From the NCBI GenBank assembly GCA_030704615.1, contig CM060731.1:79794001-79858000 (forward strand): DNA of 64,000 nt, in the 5' to 3' direction. The notes below the pieces were generated by a model. It did not search any database, was not told the origin of the DNA, and was given only the letters and a program-made list of their open reading frames with translations. Made by a program: the position numbers and the translations under genes. This stretch comes from Takakia lepidozioides. Its lineage: Eukaryota > Plantae > Bryophyta. How positions within the stretch are numbered: position 1 is the first letter of the stretch; each line of letters begins with the position of its first letter. Positions 30,419-44,272 of the stretch are shown here, in pieces.

Positions 30419-31056
30419 CTATATTGGTCATGGCTGAACATTAGAAGGAAGAGTGGCACTCAGCAAGGAGCATCAAACATTGGTCTGGGAGTGCGAGCGC
30501 ATCCCCTTCTGCGACAGATACATGCAGAAGTCAAACTCTCTCGCTCCATCCTCTTACAAGTGCCTTCTCTCCGTTGCCTCACTTTGCCCCTCCCTTCCCC
30601 AATTTCTGTTGCTCTTCTCCTGATTAGTGATGTAAAAACCTTTATATTCACATGCAAAGGAAAATTTCGTACCCTTGAATGTCGTGCAAAGTGTTCAGCA
30701 TCCTGAGTCCTACCATCACCTAGACCTGTAATCCGGCCACTTTTTGGCCCTTGTTTACTTACTAGAGTTAACCTGATCTGGCCCTCTTCGTGAATAGCAG
30801 AAACCACAATTAACGCAAGCCAATGCGAGAATTCTGTTCCAGACCTTGTATTGCAGAAGAGTAAGCAACAACAGACCCTACATCAAGAGTCCACAAATTT
30901 CGTTCTTAGAAACTGAACATGATGACCTCATAGACGATCTCAAGGAAGCCAGATTGATAACTGCTGAACGGCGTCTCACTTACACTAGAGCCGGATACAT
31001 CGTCAATTTAACACACTCACTTAAAACCCATGAGATAAGACGGGCTTCTTAGATCT

Positions 31057-31060
<4 letters not shown>

Positions 31061-31091
<31 letters not shown>
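31061..31091. repeat. (GA)n microsatellite upstream of Nup155
   Basis: About 15 GA units. Confidence 0.9.
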
Positions 31092-31096
<5 letters not shown>

Positions 31097-31563
31097 CGCC
31101 ACAAATTTGAAACCACGCGTGTGAAATAAATAAATAAATAAACATATCCGGTATATGGCGAGGAAATTTCGCGGCGAGTCGCAAACTAGCCGACACACCT
31201 CGTTGGGAACATTCAGGGTCCCGGTGCACACTGCACACTTAATTGGGAACACAGCTTGGGCCGCTTGAGCTCCTGGAGCTCTGCAGAGGGCGGGAACTTT
31301 GCGACAGGACTGTTGGAGATTCTAGAGACAGTGATGAGAAGGCATTGTGCTGGTGGGAGACGAAGGGCATAGCTATCTATGAGGGAGGCTGTGTGTTAAT
31401 GTGTGTAAGAGCAAGAGAGAGAGAGAGAAAGTGAAAGACAGAGCTGTCCTCAAGTGTTTTGCAATGTTACGGCGGGACTGGTGATCGCACTTGGTTCTTA
31501 GACGCGAGAGGGTGTTTTAAGAAGGAAACCGTGGGGTACTCTCAAGAGCCCCCTCGTAAAGAC

Positions 31564-34500
31564 ATGAGCGTGGAAGATGAAGCCGTGGTGGCCGACATCG
31601 AAGTGGCAGGGCGCCTCCTCAGCGATACCATTGGCAGGGACCTCCGTTTTGCGTCGTGTGACCTACTAGATGCCCTTGATGCTGCCCGGTATTCAAGCCA
31701 TCCATATTCTACTCCTCCTAAAGAGGTAAATTGCCCGTGATCAGGGCTCTTTTTTTTTGCAAATAAACGTATGTCTAGCATAAATATCTGATCACCCAAA
31801 AATGTTGAAGCTGGGTACTGCATTCATGTGGAAAGCGAAGGATGGAAAATATTTCAGCGTTACTACCAGAGTGTACAATCTGATCAATGTAAAGGCACTG
31901 ATGAAACCGGCACTGCTCGTTTACTTCGTGTGTTGACCTAATCCCTTCAAACTGGAAGTACAGTGAAGAGATGAAAATCCTGCAACACTGCACTTATTTG
32001 CTTCCACGTAGTAAAGAATCGTTGAGGTGTGCGAGAAATTTTTTAACTCAAAATGGTTCAGACCCTAAACTTCAGATTGAAGAGGGGTTTCATAGTTAAA
32101 AAACTTAAGTGGTTTGTGGTGATTTTAAATCAACTATGTGTTTTGTAGGGTTTTTGCCCACTTGAGCATCCTAAACCCTAAGTCTGGGCTTAATTTTAGT
32201 TTATAAAGTTGAGCTTGAGCAGATGTCTGTGCTTATCTCCAGCTGTTATGAGACGTGGTTTAAAATTTACACAGGACTTCATCATTCTTTGTAATTTTTA
32301 TTACTGTTAAGTGATGGTTTTGACTTCCCTTTAAATCCCTGCTTTGCTGTATGGAATGCAGCTGTATAATTTTGGAACATTGTGCACTTCAACCTGGGGC
32401 ACCTAGAGCAGAATCAACTTTGTAGAGTTTCATGAATCTAATATGCTCTCTTCTATGATTTGCGACTTGTGTAGTGGCCACCCTTTGTGGATGTGATAAA
32501 TTCGAGGGAACTCCCGCCTGTGCTGATCGAGAGGTACAATTCGGCTGGTGGGCAAGGAACAGCGCTCTGTGGTATCTTCCCAGGAATCAGGCGTGCGTGG
32601 GCCACAGTGGACGACACTTTGTTCCTTTGGAGATTTGATAAATGGTAAGAGGTGGTGTGGAATATCTGTATATTATGGTACAAACTCTCAAAGTATTGTA
32701 CAGGGAAATATCTCTTTGACACTAAATATCCCCCCTTAGCTCTCCGGAGTTTTGGTCCCCATCGCCTCACTCATCCTCCCTTTTCATATGAGACCTGCCT
32801 CTTGGATGGCCACCTTCTGACTTATCTTATCCTTGGGATGTTCAGAAGTGGAACCCGACACTTCACTGTAAAACTTTGTCGGTCCACCAGAGCCTCAGTC
32901 AACTGTCGACTTACATTCCGAATGTACTCCAACTACAGCTCTGAATGCCACACCCAATGAAAGGATGTCACAGAACATGGCATCCAGAGTTACTCAATCC
33001 CTAGATGTGTTCGGCTGACTTTGTTTGAATGGTGAGAAGAAGCCTGACAATTAGGTAGGTTAAATACAAGAAGATTTTGTGTCAAGATGGAATTTGTGCC
33101 GTAGGGTATCCATCAGTTGACTGCCCTGTCATTTTACCTCTCAAGGCAAATGGGAATGAGCTCAAAGTTTTCTGTTGTCACTGGTCCTAGGACTAATCAG
33201 TGAAAAGGAATTCATAAGCTGAAAGAAGCAAGTGGCTACACAGGGATGGGCAGTGTCCAGAGTATAGCGGTGAAGAGCAGGCTATATGTGCAGTGGGATT
33301 GGCCAGAGCCAAGCCTGGCGTGTTCGTCGAAGCTATCCAACACCTGATTGTGCTGGCTACCCCAGTTGAGGTGGGGACCTTACCATAGTGACTAATAGTT
33401 AAAGTATTTGTGCTGAGGGAGGGGGAAGGAGATGGAACGGGGCTAAATGATTTAGATAGAAGTAAGGATGCGATGTGCTTGCAAGATGAAGTTATATTGG
33501 TATAGACAATTCTATGAAGGCAATAAGCCACAGCCCCCTTGGTCAGTGGGCTTGACGCCTGCAAAATCTTCAGTGTTAATCTATTGATCGTAAAAATTTC
33601 TCATACGATCTTGGTCAATTGTTGACTATTCTAGGTTCCTCTTGTTTATCGTCACTTCATGGGTCATGTTTCCTTTTGGTCTGTTGTTTCTGATACAGAG
33701 ATGAAGGGCTAAACCTTGGTTTTGTGCAACTTGTGAGGCAGATTGTTCTACTGGGTGTATGCTGTAGTGGGAATGGTGGTGGTGGGGATCCATATGCAGA
33801 ACTATCTTTGCAACCATTGCCAGAATACAGCATTCCAACAGATGGAATTACGATGACTTGCATCACATCAACTGAAAAGGGGCGGATCTTTCTTGGGGGT
33901 CAAGATGGCCATCTGTATGAGCTGTTGTATACTACAGGCATGGGCTGGCAAAGTCGTTGCCGCAAGCTGTGCCATACTGGAGGCCTGGGTAGCCTTCTTT
34001 CTAGGTTCTTTCTCTCGCTTCCACTTGTAGCTACCAGTTCTCTTTCTCATTAGTTTCAATGGGCTTTTCCTGTGTGCTTCAGTTTTTCCCACCAGTTTCT
34101 TTCGTTGTCCACTATTCCCTTTGTTCTTCTGGCAGCAGAAACTATTGTTCAGTTGGTCTCTGTCCTGGTCTTTTTCAATGTATTTCTACTCTTACACAAG
34201 GAGATTTCCAGTACTATGCATATCAATGTAACAATCCTAACAGTCATGCTTTCTCCAGGTGGGTGGTGCCAAATGCTCTGAAATTTGGGGCAGTTGATGC
34301 AATCATAGAGATTGTGACTGATGATGAAAGAAACATCCTGTACACGCGTACTCAGGAATCTAAGATTCAGGTATTTGATTTGGGCAAGACTGGAGACAGT
34401 GTTCCCAAGAAAGTTGCTGAGGAAGGTCGTGTTGGTGACCAAAGAGACTCACGGGGCCGGTCTGTGGGGAGCCGAAATGTTGCCCGTGCCATTAAGGCCA

Positions 34501-37500
34501 CCATAATTTCTATTGCTCCTGTGTCCCCTCTAGAATCCAAGTGGTTACATCTAGTAGCCATTGCATCAGATGGGCGTAGAATATATTTGTCAACGTTTCC
34601 ATCGACAGGAAGCAGCATTACAGCAGTGAATGGAGCAGCTGGTGGTGGGACCCATCGCCCATCAGTTCTGAGGGTGGTGATGACACGGCCAGCTCCTTCG
34701 ATCGGTGTTGGTGGAGGCATCACATCATTTGGAACTCTTTCCATGGGTGGACGGTCACAGGCGGATGGAGGGCTTGTGGTAAAGGCAGAAACTGCCCACT
34801 ACTCCAGTGGGGCCCTTGCACTATCAGATGCCTCCCCACCAACAGTATCCCGCCTGTTGCTTGCTACTCGGGATCTTACTGTTCCTGGCACAGTAACGCC
34901 CGGCAATCTGTCATTGGGCGTGCAGGGAACAACGTCACGCACACTGCGCTCGCTACGAGAGATGGTGACAGTGCTGGGTGTTGAGGGGAGGGCACTGGCG
35001 ATAGCTGATGTTTTGCCTCCCCCTGAACGGGCAGCAGCAGTTGAGTTCTCTGTGTGGGAACCAGGCAGCATTGCACCTGGCAAACAACATATGAATGAAG
35101 AAACCACACGGGCTCGCCGGCTGTGGGCTCGTGGGGAGCTAGCAACCCAACATTTATTACCGAGACGGCGTGCTATTGTGTTAAGCACTATGGGTTGGAT
35201 GGAAGTGGTATTTAATCGACCGGTTGATCTCTTGCAAAGATTGCTTGAACTGAACACCCTCAGGTCCGTACTCGAAGATTTTTTCCAGCGATTTGGGTCT
35301 GGAGAAGCTGCTGCAATGTGTTTGCTCCTTGCAGCCCGACTTACTTCTGACGAGGAAAATGTGGTACCAGTGGCAATAGCTGAGCGGGCGGCTGAAGCAT
35401 TTGAGGATCCCAGGCTGGTTGGAGTTCCACAAATGCAAGGTGGGGGGGCACCCACAGGTGGGGTCAACTCCACGGGAGGTGGGTTTAACATGGGTCAAGT
35501 AGTGCAAGAAGCAGAGCCAGTATTCTCTGGGGCCCATGAGGGTCTTTGCCTATGCACAGCCAGGTTGCTACGGTCAGTGTGGGAGCTTCCAGTGTTTGAT
35601 GTAAAAAAGGAAGCAGGGATTGAGAGCAATGGAGATGGAGGTGTCATTTCCTGCAGGTCAGTGTGGAGTTCTTGTTTGATGTGCTAAGTGACTGGTACTC
35701 TGCTCATATAGGGCAAAAAGTATTTATGAGTCACTACTCAAATAAACAGAGGAAGAACTTGTCTAAACACACAAGGTTGTAATGCTGAGGCAACACCTTA
35801 TTGTTTGTCTAGCATGTTCCTTTGGTACAGGTTTGAGGTGTTCTGTGTATCATCTGTCAAACAGAGGAATGATTCATATGCCACCCTTCCGCCTCTGAGT
35901 GGGTTGTGTGGCCTTTAGAAAGAAAGAAGAAGTCCGGAATCTCATTGTAGTCTGTCATAACCTCCACCATGACTAGTACATTGCTGCAGGTTACCTGTTG
36001 AAGCGATGCAAGCATTGGAAGATAAAATCCGCTCACTGGAGCAATTTTTAAGGGCCCGCAGGAATCAAAGAAGAGGGCATTATGGTCGGATCATGGGTAT
36101 AGGTGACATGTCTGGTTATGGAGACCGTCAAGGGAGCTCATTTGGCGCAGATGGGTTTGCTAGAGGGGAGGCAGGGGGCAGCAAATTGGTTGGGTATGAG
36201 ACCCCCCAGGTTCGAGGAGGGGGAGACCGGAGCAGTGCACAAGCAACATTGCACAAACGCCAGCGTGTGCCCTACAGCCCTTCTGAGCTGGCAGCAATGG
36301 AGGTGGGAGGTTCATGGCTTGTTTCCAAGTGGTTCTGAAACTGGTTGTATGCTGCACGTTTAAAAATTTGCTGCATTCAGGCATCAGCTCATACTTTTAT
36401 TCCTGGTTTCATATTATTTCCTTTCTCATGCTAGCACACACGTTATTGCCTAAGTCCAGCTGTCTGACATATTGTGTTTTTCCAAGGAGGTCGATCCTTT
36501 GTTTTGCAGCTGGGTTCTTGGTTTGGGTGTGACTTATATTCTTTTAGAAATTGGCATACATGTTGTGCAGCTGTATGTCTTCTTACATTCCATTCTCAAG
36601 GGTCAAAGCCTATTCTGATGTTCTGTGATTTCTGAAGATATCCTTGGGGTCTTCAAGCCATAATTCTGATGACAAATCAACCCTGGGTGGCTAACAGGTG
36701 CGAGGCATGGAATGTATACGCCGGCTACTGAGACGGTCAGGGGAGGCTCTGCGTTTGCTTCAGCTGCTGCAGCAGCACCATGTAGCACGATTGGCCCAGA
36801 GCCTTGACCCCTCGCAACGCCGCCAGCTATCCCAGCTTACTTTTCACCAGCTTGTCTGTTCCCCTGATGGGGACCAGATTGCTACTCGCCTTGTGGCGGC
36901 ACTCATGGAGGTAAGTGTATTTTGCATGTATGCCTGAATTTTCAAGTGATTTATGCCTTCTGGATTTATCCTGGACATTTTAGGGTGCCTGACCAGAAGC
37001 CCTTGTTCTGAGAAAATGAAGGTTTCTATTTTCTGTCTCGCAAAGAGTACTCCCAAGTCTGGAGATCCCTACAGTAGTTCTACTCGTGTATAGCAACAGT
37101 GGTTTTAACATATGTCCATCGATCCAAGATGGAGAATCCTGAGCCACAAGTTTTGAAGCTTTCAGAAAGGCTTTGTCTCTGTCAGCTTAGCCTTTCACTT
37201 GACTTATTTGTGAAAGATTGGGGCTTGGTGCGCGAGATGTTGTTAAGTAGGGGTTTTGTGTTTGCAGTACTATGTGGCACCTGATGGCAGAGGCACAGTG
37301 GATGACATCAGTGTCAAGTTGAGGGAGGGGTGTCCAAGCTATTACAATGAATCAGACTACAAGTTCTTCCAGGCTGTTGAGTGCCTAGAGAGGGCTGTGG
37401 GCACCCGTGACACAGAAGAGCGGGAGAAGCTGGCCAGAGAGGCTCTGGATTTGTTGGGCAAAGTTCCCGAAACAGCTGACCTACTGAGCATTTGTCAGCG

Positions 37501-40500
37501 CTTCGAGGACATCTGGTACCAAAATAGCCTTTCTTTTCACATGGAACATATGATATTGCAAGAGCTTCTTAGAAACTTGAGAGAAAGCATGGGGACAGAC
37601 CAGAAAAGAGAAAGAAAGGAGAAATGGAATGATACTAAATTATGTCCACAGAAAGCTCAAAGAGCTTATGGGACAAGAAAGCAAGAAAGATAGTGGGGCG
37701 CTCCACAAGCAGCCCTAAAACAACTATTGATCAAGGGATTGTCTAATAGTTAACTCATGCAGATATGCTGCTCAGCATTCCTGATCCTCGTAACGGAAAA
37801 CCTCTGAGAGATTGGCTATCTCAGAATAGACAATAGCATCTCCCATCGATCTCATAGTGGAAAGGAAGAAATGTCCTTCACTTTCGATTTCCCTCCTGTT
37901 ATCGCTAGTGCAAGCAGGGCACAGGAGTCCGTAGGTTGTCCCACCTAGCAGTCTCTAGGGACTGCACCAACCATATTTTCACTCTAAGCCAGATTATCCA
38001 GGGAAGGAAAGAAAAGGAAAGCCCACTTTTGTCTTCTTCCTGGATGTCAAAAAGGCTTAAGACACAGTATGGCGTGACGGGCTGTGGCTCCGGCTTTGGT
38101 GTTCGGGGTCAGGATGTGGAGGATGGTTCACAACCTGTATGCAAACACCGAAAGCTATGTTACAGTCAATGGACAGAAGTCTAACTTCTTTGATATTGAT
38201 CAAGGTGTGCACAAGGTTGTACCCTCTCCCCACTGCTCTTCAATGTTTTCATCAATCAGCTTCTTGAAGATGTGGAAAGTGAGGGGTTGGGGTTAAAGGT
38301 GGGTGATGCAACCATACCAGCTCTTATGCTTGTGGATGACTTCGCAGACCTAGGGGATAGCCCGCCCAATCTCCAGGAGTTGATTGATTGTGTGAAGAGG
38401 TTCTTTGACCTGTGGAGGCGAAAAGCTAATGTTAGTAAATGCACAGTGGTAGCATTTAACGACCGTGGGGAGGGAGGAGGGGATCTCAAAGGGAAATGGG
38501 GTAATGAAGATATCCCTGTACTCCCTTCCTATACATCTCGGTGTGGAGTTTTCCTCAAGCTGTAACTGGGATGCTCATATACAAAAAGTGATTCAATCAG
38601 CTAAATGCAAAGCTTTGGGTCACTAAATTTTTCCACTGCAGAGGGATTAATACTGAAGTTTAAAGGACCATGCTTTGTAACGTTATTAGGCCTGCCTTGA
38701 AGTATGCATCTGCAGTGTGGGTCGACAATTCTAACCATGCTAAGTCTCTAGAATCCGTTCAGGTCACGGTGCTCAAAGAAAAGAATGTCAATGTGTTCTA
38801 GAACAGCTAATTCAGGGCGAGTTTGGCATACCTCCGTTAAGCTCTTGACGTGATGGATTGAAGGTCAGATGGCGGGGTCAGTCGCATGTCTACTATCAGA
38901 TACCCTAAGATAATCGACTCTATTTCTTGGAAGCAAGACTGCTCTGTTAAACAGGCTACGTCTTGGCGGAAAATGGTATAATGGATTTTGAAGTATCTGA
39001 ATTTTAGTCGAGAAGAATTGACCCTACTGGATGAAGTTGACCTGGAGGGGGTTGTGTCCAAAGCCATGTCTGATCCCCAAAGACTTCCCGATGGCAATGA
39101 AGTTAGGCATAAAACTTCCCTGCATTTGTTTCCAGTCTGTGACATAGGCGAGGACCTTAAGGATGATCTCAAGAGCCTACCTACCCTTGGCACAATACTG
39201 AAAATCAAACTCAGGACCGACCTTTGAACATTAAACAGATGCAGAGAGAGGAAGTGGAGATTGTAATGACCCGGTATGTGGGTAGACTGAAGACAATATC
39301 CATTTTCTGATACAATGTCCAGGATATTCTCACCAGAGAGTGACCCTCTTCAGGACAATCAAGAACATTGTCCCTGCACCTCTGTTCGCAAATTTGAAAA
39401 TCTTGAGGCTGAGCCTAAAAGCCCTGGCCCTGTTGGATCTGAGTGCTGGGCAGCTCACACACAGCAAGTTGATGCTTGTGTGAAGGGCTTTCTAGAGGAT
39501 ATCTGGAAAACCCCAACTAATTGTCTCTATCAAGGTAAGTTACACTACCGGAGTGAGCCCCTCACAAAGTTAGTATGTGCTCACTGGGCGCAGGGTCTAT
39601 GGCCACAATGCTATGGAAAACGTCTTATGAGTACAATCTACCTGCAGACTGTGAGGGCCCACCCTAAACCTCCCCAATGCCCATAGAAGAGAGGGAGATA
39701 GAACTGCAGACAGGTAGTTGGGCTACAAGATTCCATCATGGAGGATCAATAATGTCTCTGGATAGAAGTGCAGTTTTGTTGTAAGTTTGATTGAACGAAG
39801 AAAGAAAAACTTACAATGCCCATGAGAAGCTCAAAGAGCTCATGGGGGAAAAGAAAGCAAGGAACAACAATGAATAAGTTTGGCCCTAAACAAGCCCATA
39901 TAGAGAGATTCTCTAAATCTCATGATGACATGTGACCAGTCATCTCTGTTCCTCATAATGGAAGATCTCTGTCAGGGGTTGACTGTCTCAGAAGAGGCAG
40001 TAGAAGCAGCTTCTGTTCTCATGAAAGACTGGACATCATAAGAAGAAATGTTCCTTCGTCTCAGTCTATAGATCTGATGTAGCACAGGTGGGGCATAAAC
40101 ATTTAGTGCAGTTTCTCACATCTGCTTGTCTCCATCCTCAGACTCTGGGATCCCACCCCAATGCTCATAAGAAAGAGAAGAAGATAGATAACTATGTCCA
40201 GTGAAAGCCCAGGCGATGGACCAATTGAGAGAAAGAAAGAAAAGAAAGGAAAGAACACACTTTTGTTGTCCACAAGGAGGCCCGAGGGCCCATCGGGCAA
40301 AAGTAGGAGGAGAGAGTGAATCATTGGAACATCTCTTTCACACGCTGGCTTTCACATACCTTAGGTTCTAGTCCCAGTGAGATATGAAGCCTCCTAAGCC
40401 AATTTTGGGGTTCTGATCCTTGAGGTGTGAACGCTCATTGCAACATTTCCTGCTCACTTGCACACAGCTAATGTGCGTCTGGTGATAGGGAATTGTGTGT

Positions 40501-43500
40501 AAATATGAGGCCTTGATCAACTTGCTACCAAAAGTAGGATCTTGTTGAAACCCTCTGCCTTAAATGTGGCTGTGGTTGAGTGCAATGCGTCTAATATTGT
40601 GAGAGAAGTGGAAAGGGAGAGAACGAAACATATATATAAATATCACATCTGCAGGATGCTTGAATGGCCCAAGGGAGCAGACATCAAGCCTCCCAGAGCT
40701 GTTGTGGATTCCTGCAGGGTATGGAAATTGAGCCCAAATTGCCTTGCTACCCAACCACAGCCATTAACGATACCGCTGGAGGTTATTGAGTGGTTGATGA
40801 ACAAGATATAATACTATTATCATAGAAAACACAACGTCAAATCCGCCAATTTGGTAACAACAGCTTTTGTGTCCTGGCACAGGTTCTATGAAGCGGTGGT
40901 GGAGCTGCCTTTAAGAAAGGCTCATGCTCTAGACCCTGTGGAGGATGCTTTCAATGACAGCATTGATGATGGCCGGCGTCAGGCAGCTCTTGCAGCTCGG
41001 CGACAATGTTATGATGTGGTCACCAATGCCCTGCGCTCTCTGAAAGGACAGTCAGTTGCTGGAAATTCGAATGTCGAGGGGTATGGGTCAGATCTGGCAA
41101 AGTCAGGGCGCCCTATTGCTGGGGCCCGTTTATTGCTAGATGAGGCAGCAAGGGAGAGCTATATCCGGCAAATTGTGCAGCTCAGTGTGCGGTGGCCCGA
41201 TCGTGCCTTCCATGAGTCTTTGTATCAGACAATGATTGAACTTGGTCTCTTAAAAGAGCTACTGGAGCTTGGGGGTCCTGATTTGGTACCCTTTTTGCAG
41301 AGCGCTGGAAATTACCAGACAGCAAAGGTGGGAATTCAACTCCAGGATAGTGCAAAGGCGCAAAATCATATAGATTAGGTGATCCTTTGTCATGGTGATA
41401 TTTTGACAAATTGTTGATGTGGTGCTCAGAATTACCAGGTTGTGCTGTGGAGTGTCAATTAAGAAGATGCTATGCACTGTCTGAACCTGACATAAATGCA
41501 TTACAAGATAACCTAGGACTATCCTTCTGTTGCATTGGCCTTACATTTGAGCACTTGATTTGTTCAGTGATGTGTAATATGTCATGGGGCGTCTTATGAC
41601 CCATGTATCTCTACTTGTTTCTAAGTAACATTTTTGTTTACCTGTCAGATGACAAATGGATCACTCAGGTCACCAATGCCTTTTGTCACACCATCTACAA
41701 GTCGCTTGCGTCAGCCAATCACAGGGGAGCAGGCAAAGTACTTAAAGCTTTTGTCACGTTTCTACGTTCAAAGACGGCAGCATGCGCTTGCTGCCCATGT
41801 ATTGTTGCGTCTTGCTGAACGTAGACAAGTTGAAGGCGCCTCTGACCTTGCACTTGAACAAAGGTAGTTCCTTACATCGTTTCTTTCTTCATGAGCTACT
41901 GTCTTTAGTGGATTTGTTCTATGTCCATCTCGTGATACTATCAAGTTTCTTTCTTTCTTGGATCAACATTTGTTTTTGGGCTGCTTGTTGGGGGCCCCAG
42001 TCTCTAGCTTTCTCGTCCCATAAGCTGTTTGAGCTTTCTGTCGATGTTATAATGTATCCTTTCAATTCATTTATTTATTAGATTCTCACACAGACAGAAA
42101 TTTTATGTGTAGTATGTCGTACACTTGTTGTCTCATCCAGAGGCTGAGTGTAATTATGCTACAGCTATGAAGTTGATGTTTGGTCATATTGGAACCTCAT
42201 ATTGGCCACTTTCGCAGGTATGAATATCTCAGCAATGCTGTGTTGCAAGCAAGAAGCGCTAGTCGGGGCGCAGGTGGCCTAGGCTCATCTCCAGAGCTCT
42301 CTGAGAGTGGGCTATTGGAGCTACTCGAGGGGAAACTGGCAGTCTTACGTTTTCAACTGAAAATCCGAGAAGCCCTTGAGCATATTGTTGTGACTGTCCC
42401 TAGTGCTCCCCCAGAACCTGGTTCCAATGGCTCTCACACCGCAATAGAACAAGCCGGCTTTCCAGGCCCAGCAGCCTTTGCTAATGAGTCACGGACCCGT
42501 GTGGCCAAGGAGAAGTTTGAAGACCTTGGCAGTGAGTTGAAGAGCATCACGCAGCTGTACAATGACTACGCAGTGCGGTTTGAACTTTGGGAGGTGAGTT
42601 TCTAAGGTCATTGCATGTTCAGTTTTGTTCATCAGTTTGCTTCATCACACTTCCATTGGGTAAGTTGATGAAGAGACCTGTCAGATGCTTGTAATACCGT
42701 CCGAAAACAGTAAGTGTTTTGGGCAGTTGTTCCTACTAGCTTCCAATAGACCTAACAGCTCACTCAGTACACCTCCTAGCTTACCACATGAGTCTACCAT
42801 GATTGAGAGTGATGACAGTCTGTTCATGCAGATTGCTAGATGCTGAAAATTTAAAGTAGCAATTCGAGTGTAAACTTAAGCACATGAATCGTTCATTGCA
42901 GGTGTGTTTGGAGATTCTTCACTTTTCAAACTACACAGGCGATGCTGAGAACAGTGTGATGCGAGAAACATGGGTCCGGTTGCTGGACCAGGCACTTACA
43001 ATTGGGGGAGTGGCTGAGGCTTGCTCGGTGCTTCGGAGGGTGGGCCCTCCATTGTACCCTGGCGATGGAGGAAGCATGCCTCTGCACACGATCTGCCTGC
43101 ATCTTGAAACAGCTGCTCATGTAATCATTCTTCTCTCTCTCTTTCTCACTTTCTCTTCACAGACCAGCTGTGGGGTCTATATGATCACAAGGCTACAGCA
43201 TCGAAGTGCAAGGAGCACAATTTCTGTTCTATCTGTGGTCTGATGCCACTCTTAGTTGCTACTTTGTTGGACTCCTCTTTTGTGTACGAGCGATACACAT
43301 TGTTCAGTAATGTGCCTTCTGCTACTGCTGACTATAGGAAAGGTCTTTGGTATCTTAGCTTAATCTCCAAGCAGATGTGCTTACTTTGTCGATCTTCTAT
43401 GATCATGCAAAGGTCATGTACAAACCTGTTGGCAACCTGCAATGTGATAATATCTGAAGTTTTGTGAGGTTCTGTGTAACTCAGGATAGAGTGAAGACAG

Positions 43501-44272
43501 GGGCAGAGACTGTGGGAGATGAGGACATTCCAAGCTCACTGTTAGCTGCTTGTAAGGGTGCGGCTGAGCCAGTTCAACGGCACTATGACCGTGTGCTGGC
43601 TAGCGGAGCCATTTTGCCAAAACCATCACTGCGTTTGCGTATTCTTCGTTCCGTCCTGACAGTGATGCGGGAATGGACTGTGTCTGTTCTCTCTCAACAA
43701 ACAGGGACAACTCTGGCAGGAGGGTCATTATTGTTGGGGATTGGCTTGAACCAAGAACAGAGTAGCATCAGCCAAGGCATGCGCGACAAGTTGGGTAGCA
43801 TGGCGAATCGGTAAGAATACTAATCCTTTAAGTCCCTTTCTGCTACATCCTGATCTTGGGGCCACAACTGCTATGGTCTTGTAAGTAACCCATCTCTTTG
43901 GCCCCACCCTGGTGGTCATGGGATTGAGGATCCCCTTACATGTATGGTCCCAATTTCACCTCTCATTACTCTTCTGCTGGTGATGGTTGATGAGTATCTA
44001 TTTCTCCCTCTTTCAACTTACTTTGTTGTAGTAAAGCTCAATCTTATGGCCAGACTTAAGTGGCTGTGAGAGCAGCTCCAGAGAGACGTTGTGGCCCCTG
44101 GAGGGTAAAGGTGGATCTAAACAGTTGTTCCAGTGCTGACACCGCTAATTGGATTTATGATTTGTTTTGGGTCAGTTATATGACGGAAGTGCGGAGGCTG
44201 GCCTTGCCACCAACAGAAGTGGACCCGGTATCTCGGGGTTTTCGGGAGCTTGAAGAGATGCTTCAGGGCTAA
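31564..44272 (+). CDS. NUP155: Nucleoporin Nup155, 14 exons: 31564-31725, 32475-32644, 33244-33370, 33742-34004, 34259-35656, 35990-36302, 36698-36910, 37268-37515, 40883-41327, 41649-41863, 42218-42593, 42902-43120, 43485-43810, 44176-44272
   Basis: RYSSHPYSTPPKEWPP...ELPPVLIERYNSAGGQGTALCGIFPGIRRAWATVDDTLFLWRFDK, DGQCPEYSGEEQAICAVGLA, GELATQHLLPRR, FSGAHEGLCLC, LKSITQLYNDYA; consistent GT-AG phases. Confidence 0.96.
37640..37930 (-). mobile_element. LINE 3' fragment (second family) in Nup155 intron 8
   Basis: Shares the tail AAAGAGCTTATGGGACAAGAAAGCAAG and AAGAAATGTCCTTC (minus-strand EGHFF zinc-finger piece) with 39815-40080 and 54170-54230. Confidence 0.55.
37940..39634 (+). mobile_element. 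5'-truncated degenerate LINE (RT domain to 3' end) in Nup155 intron 8
   Basis: HIFTLSQII, FLDVKKA*DTVWRDGLW, IDQGV...TLSPLLFNVFIN, ALMLVDDFA, ANVSKC: non-LTR RT motifs with stops and frameshifts; 3' tail shared with 20170-20887. Confidence 0.85.
39815..40810 (-). mobile_element. Degenerate LINE 3' fragment (second family) in Nup155 intron 8
   Basis: Same tail and zinc-finger remnant as 37640-37930; the extent beyond ~40100 is approximate. Confidence 0.5.

Noticed and set aside
34367-35537. Long minus-strand ORFs within Nup155 exon 5
   Set aside because: Antisense shadows of the coding exon.
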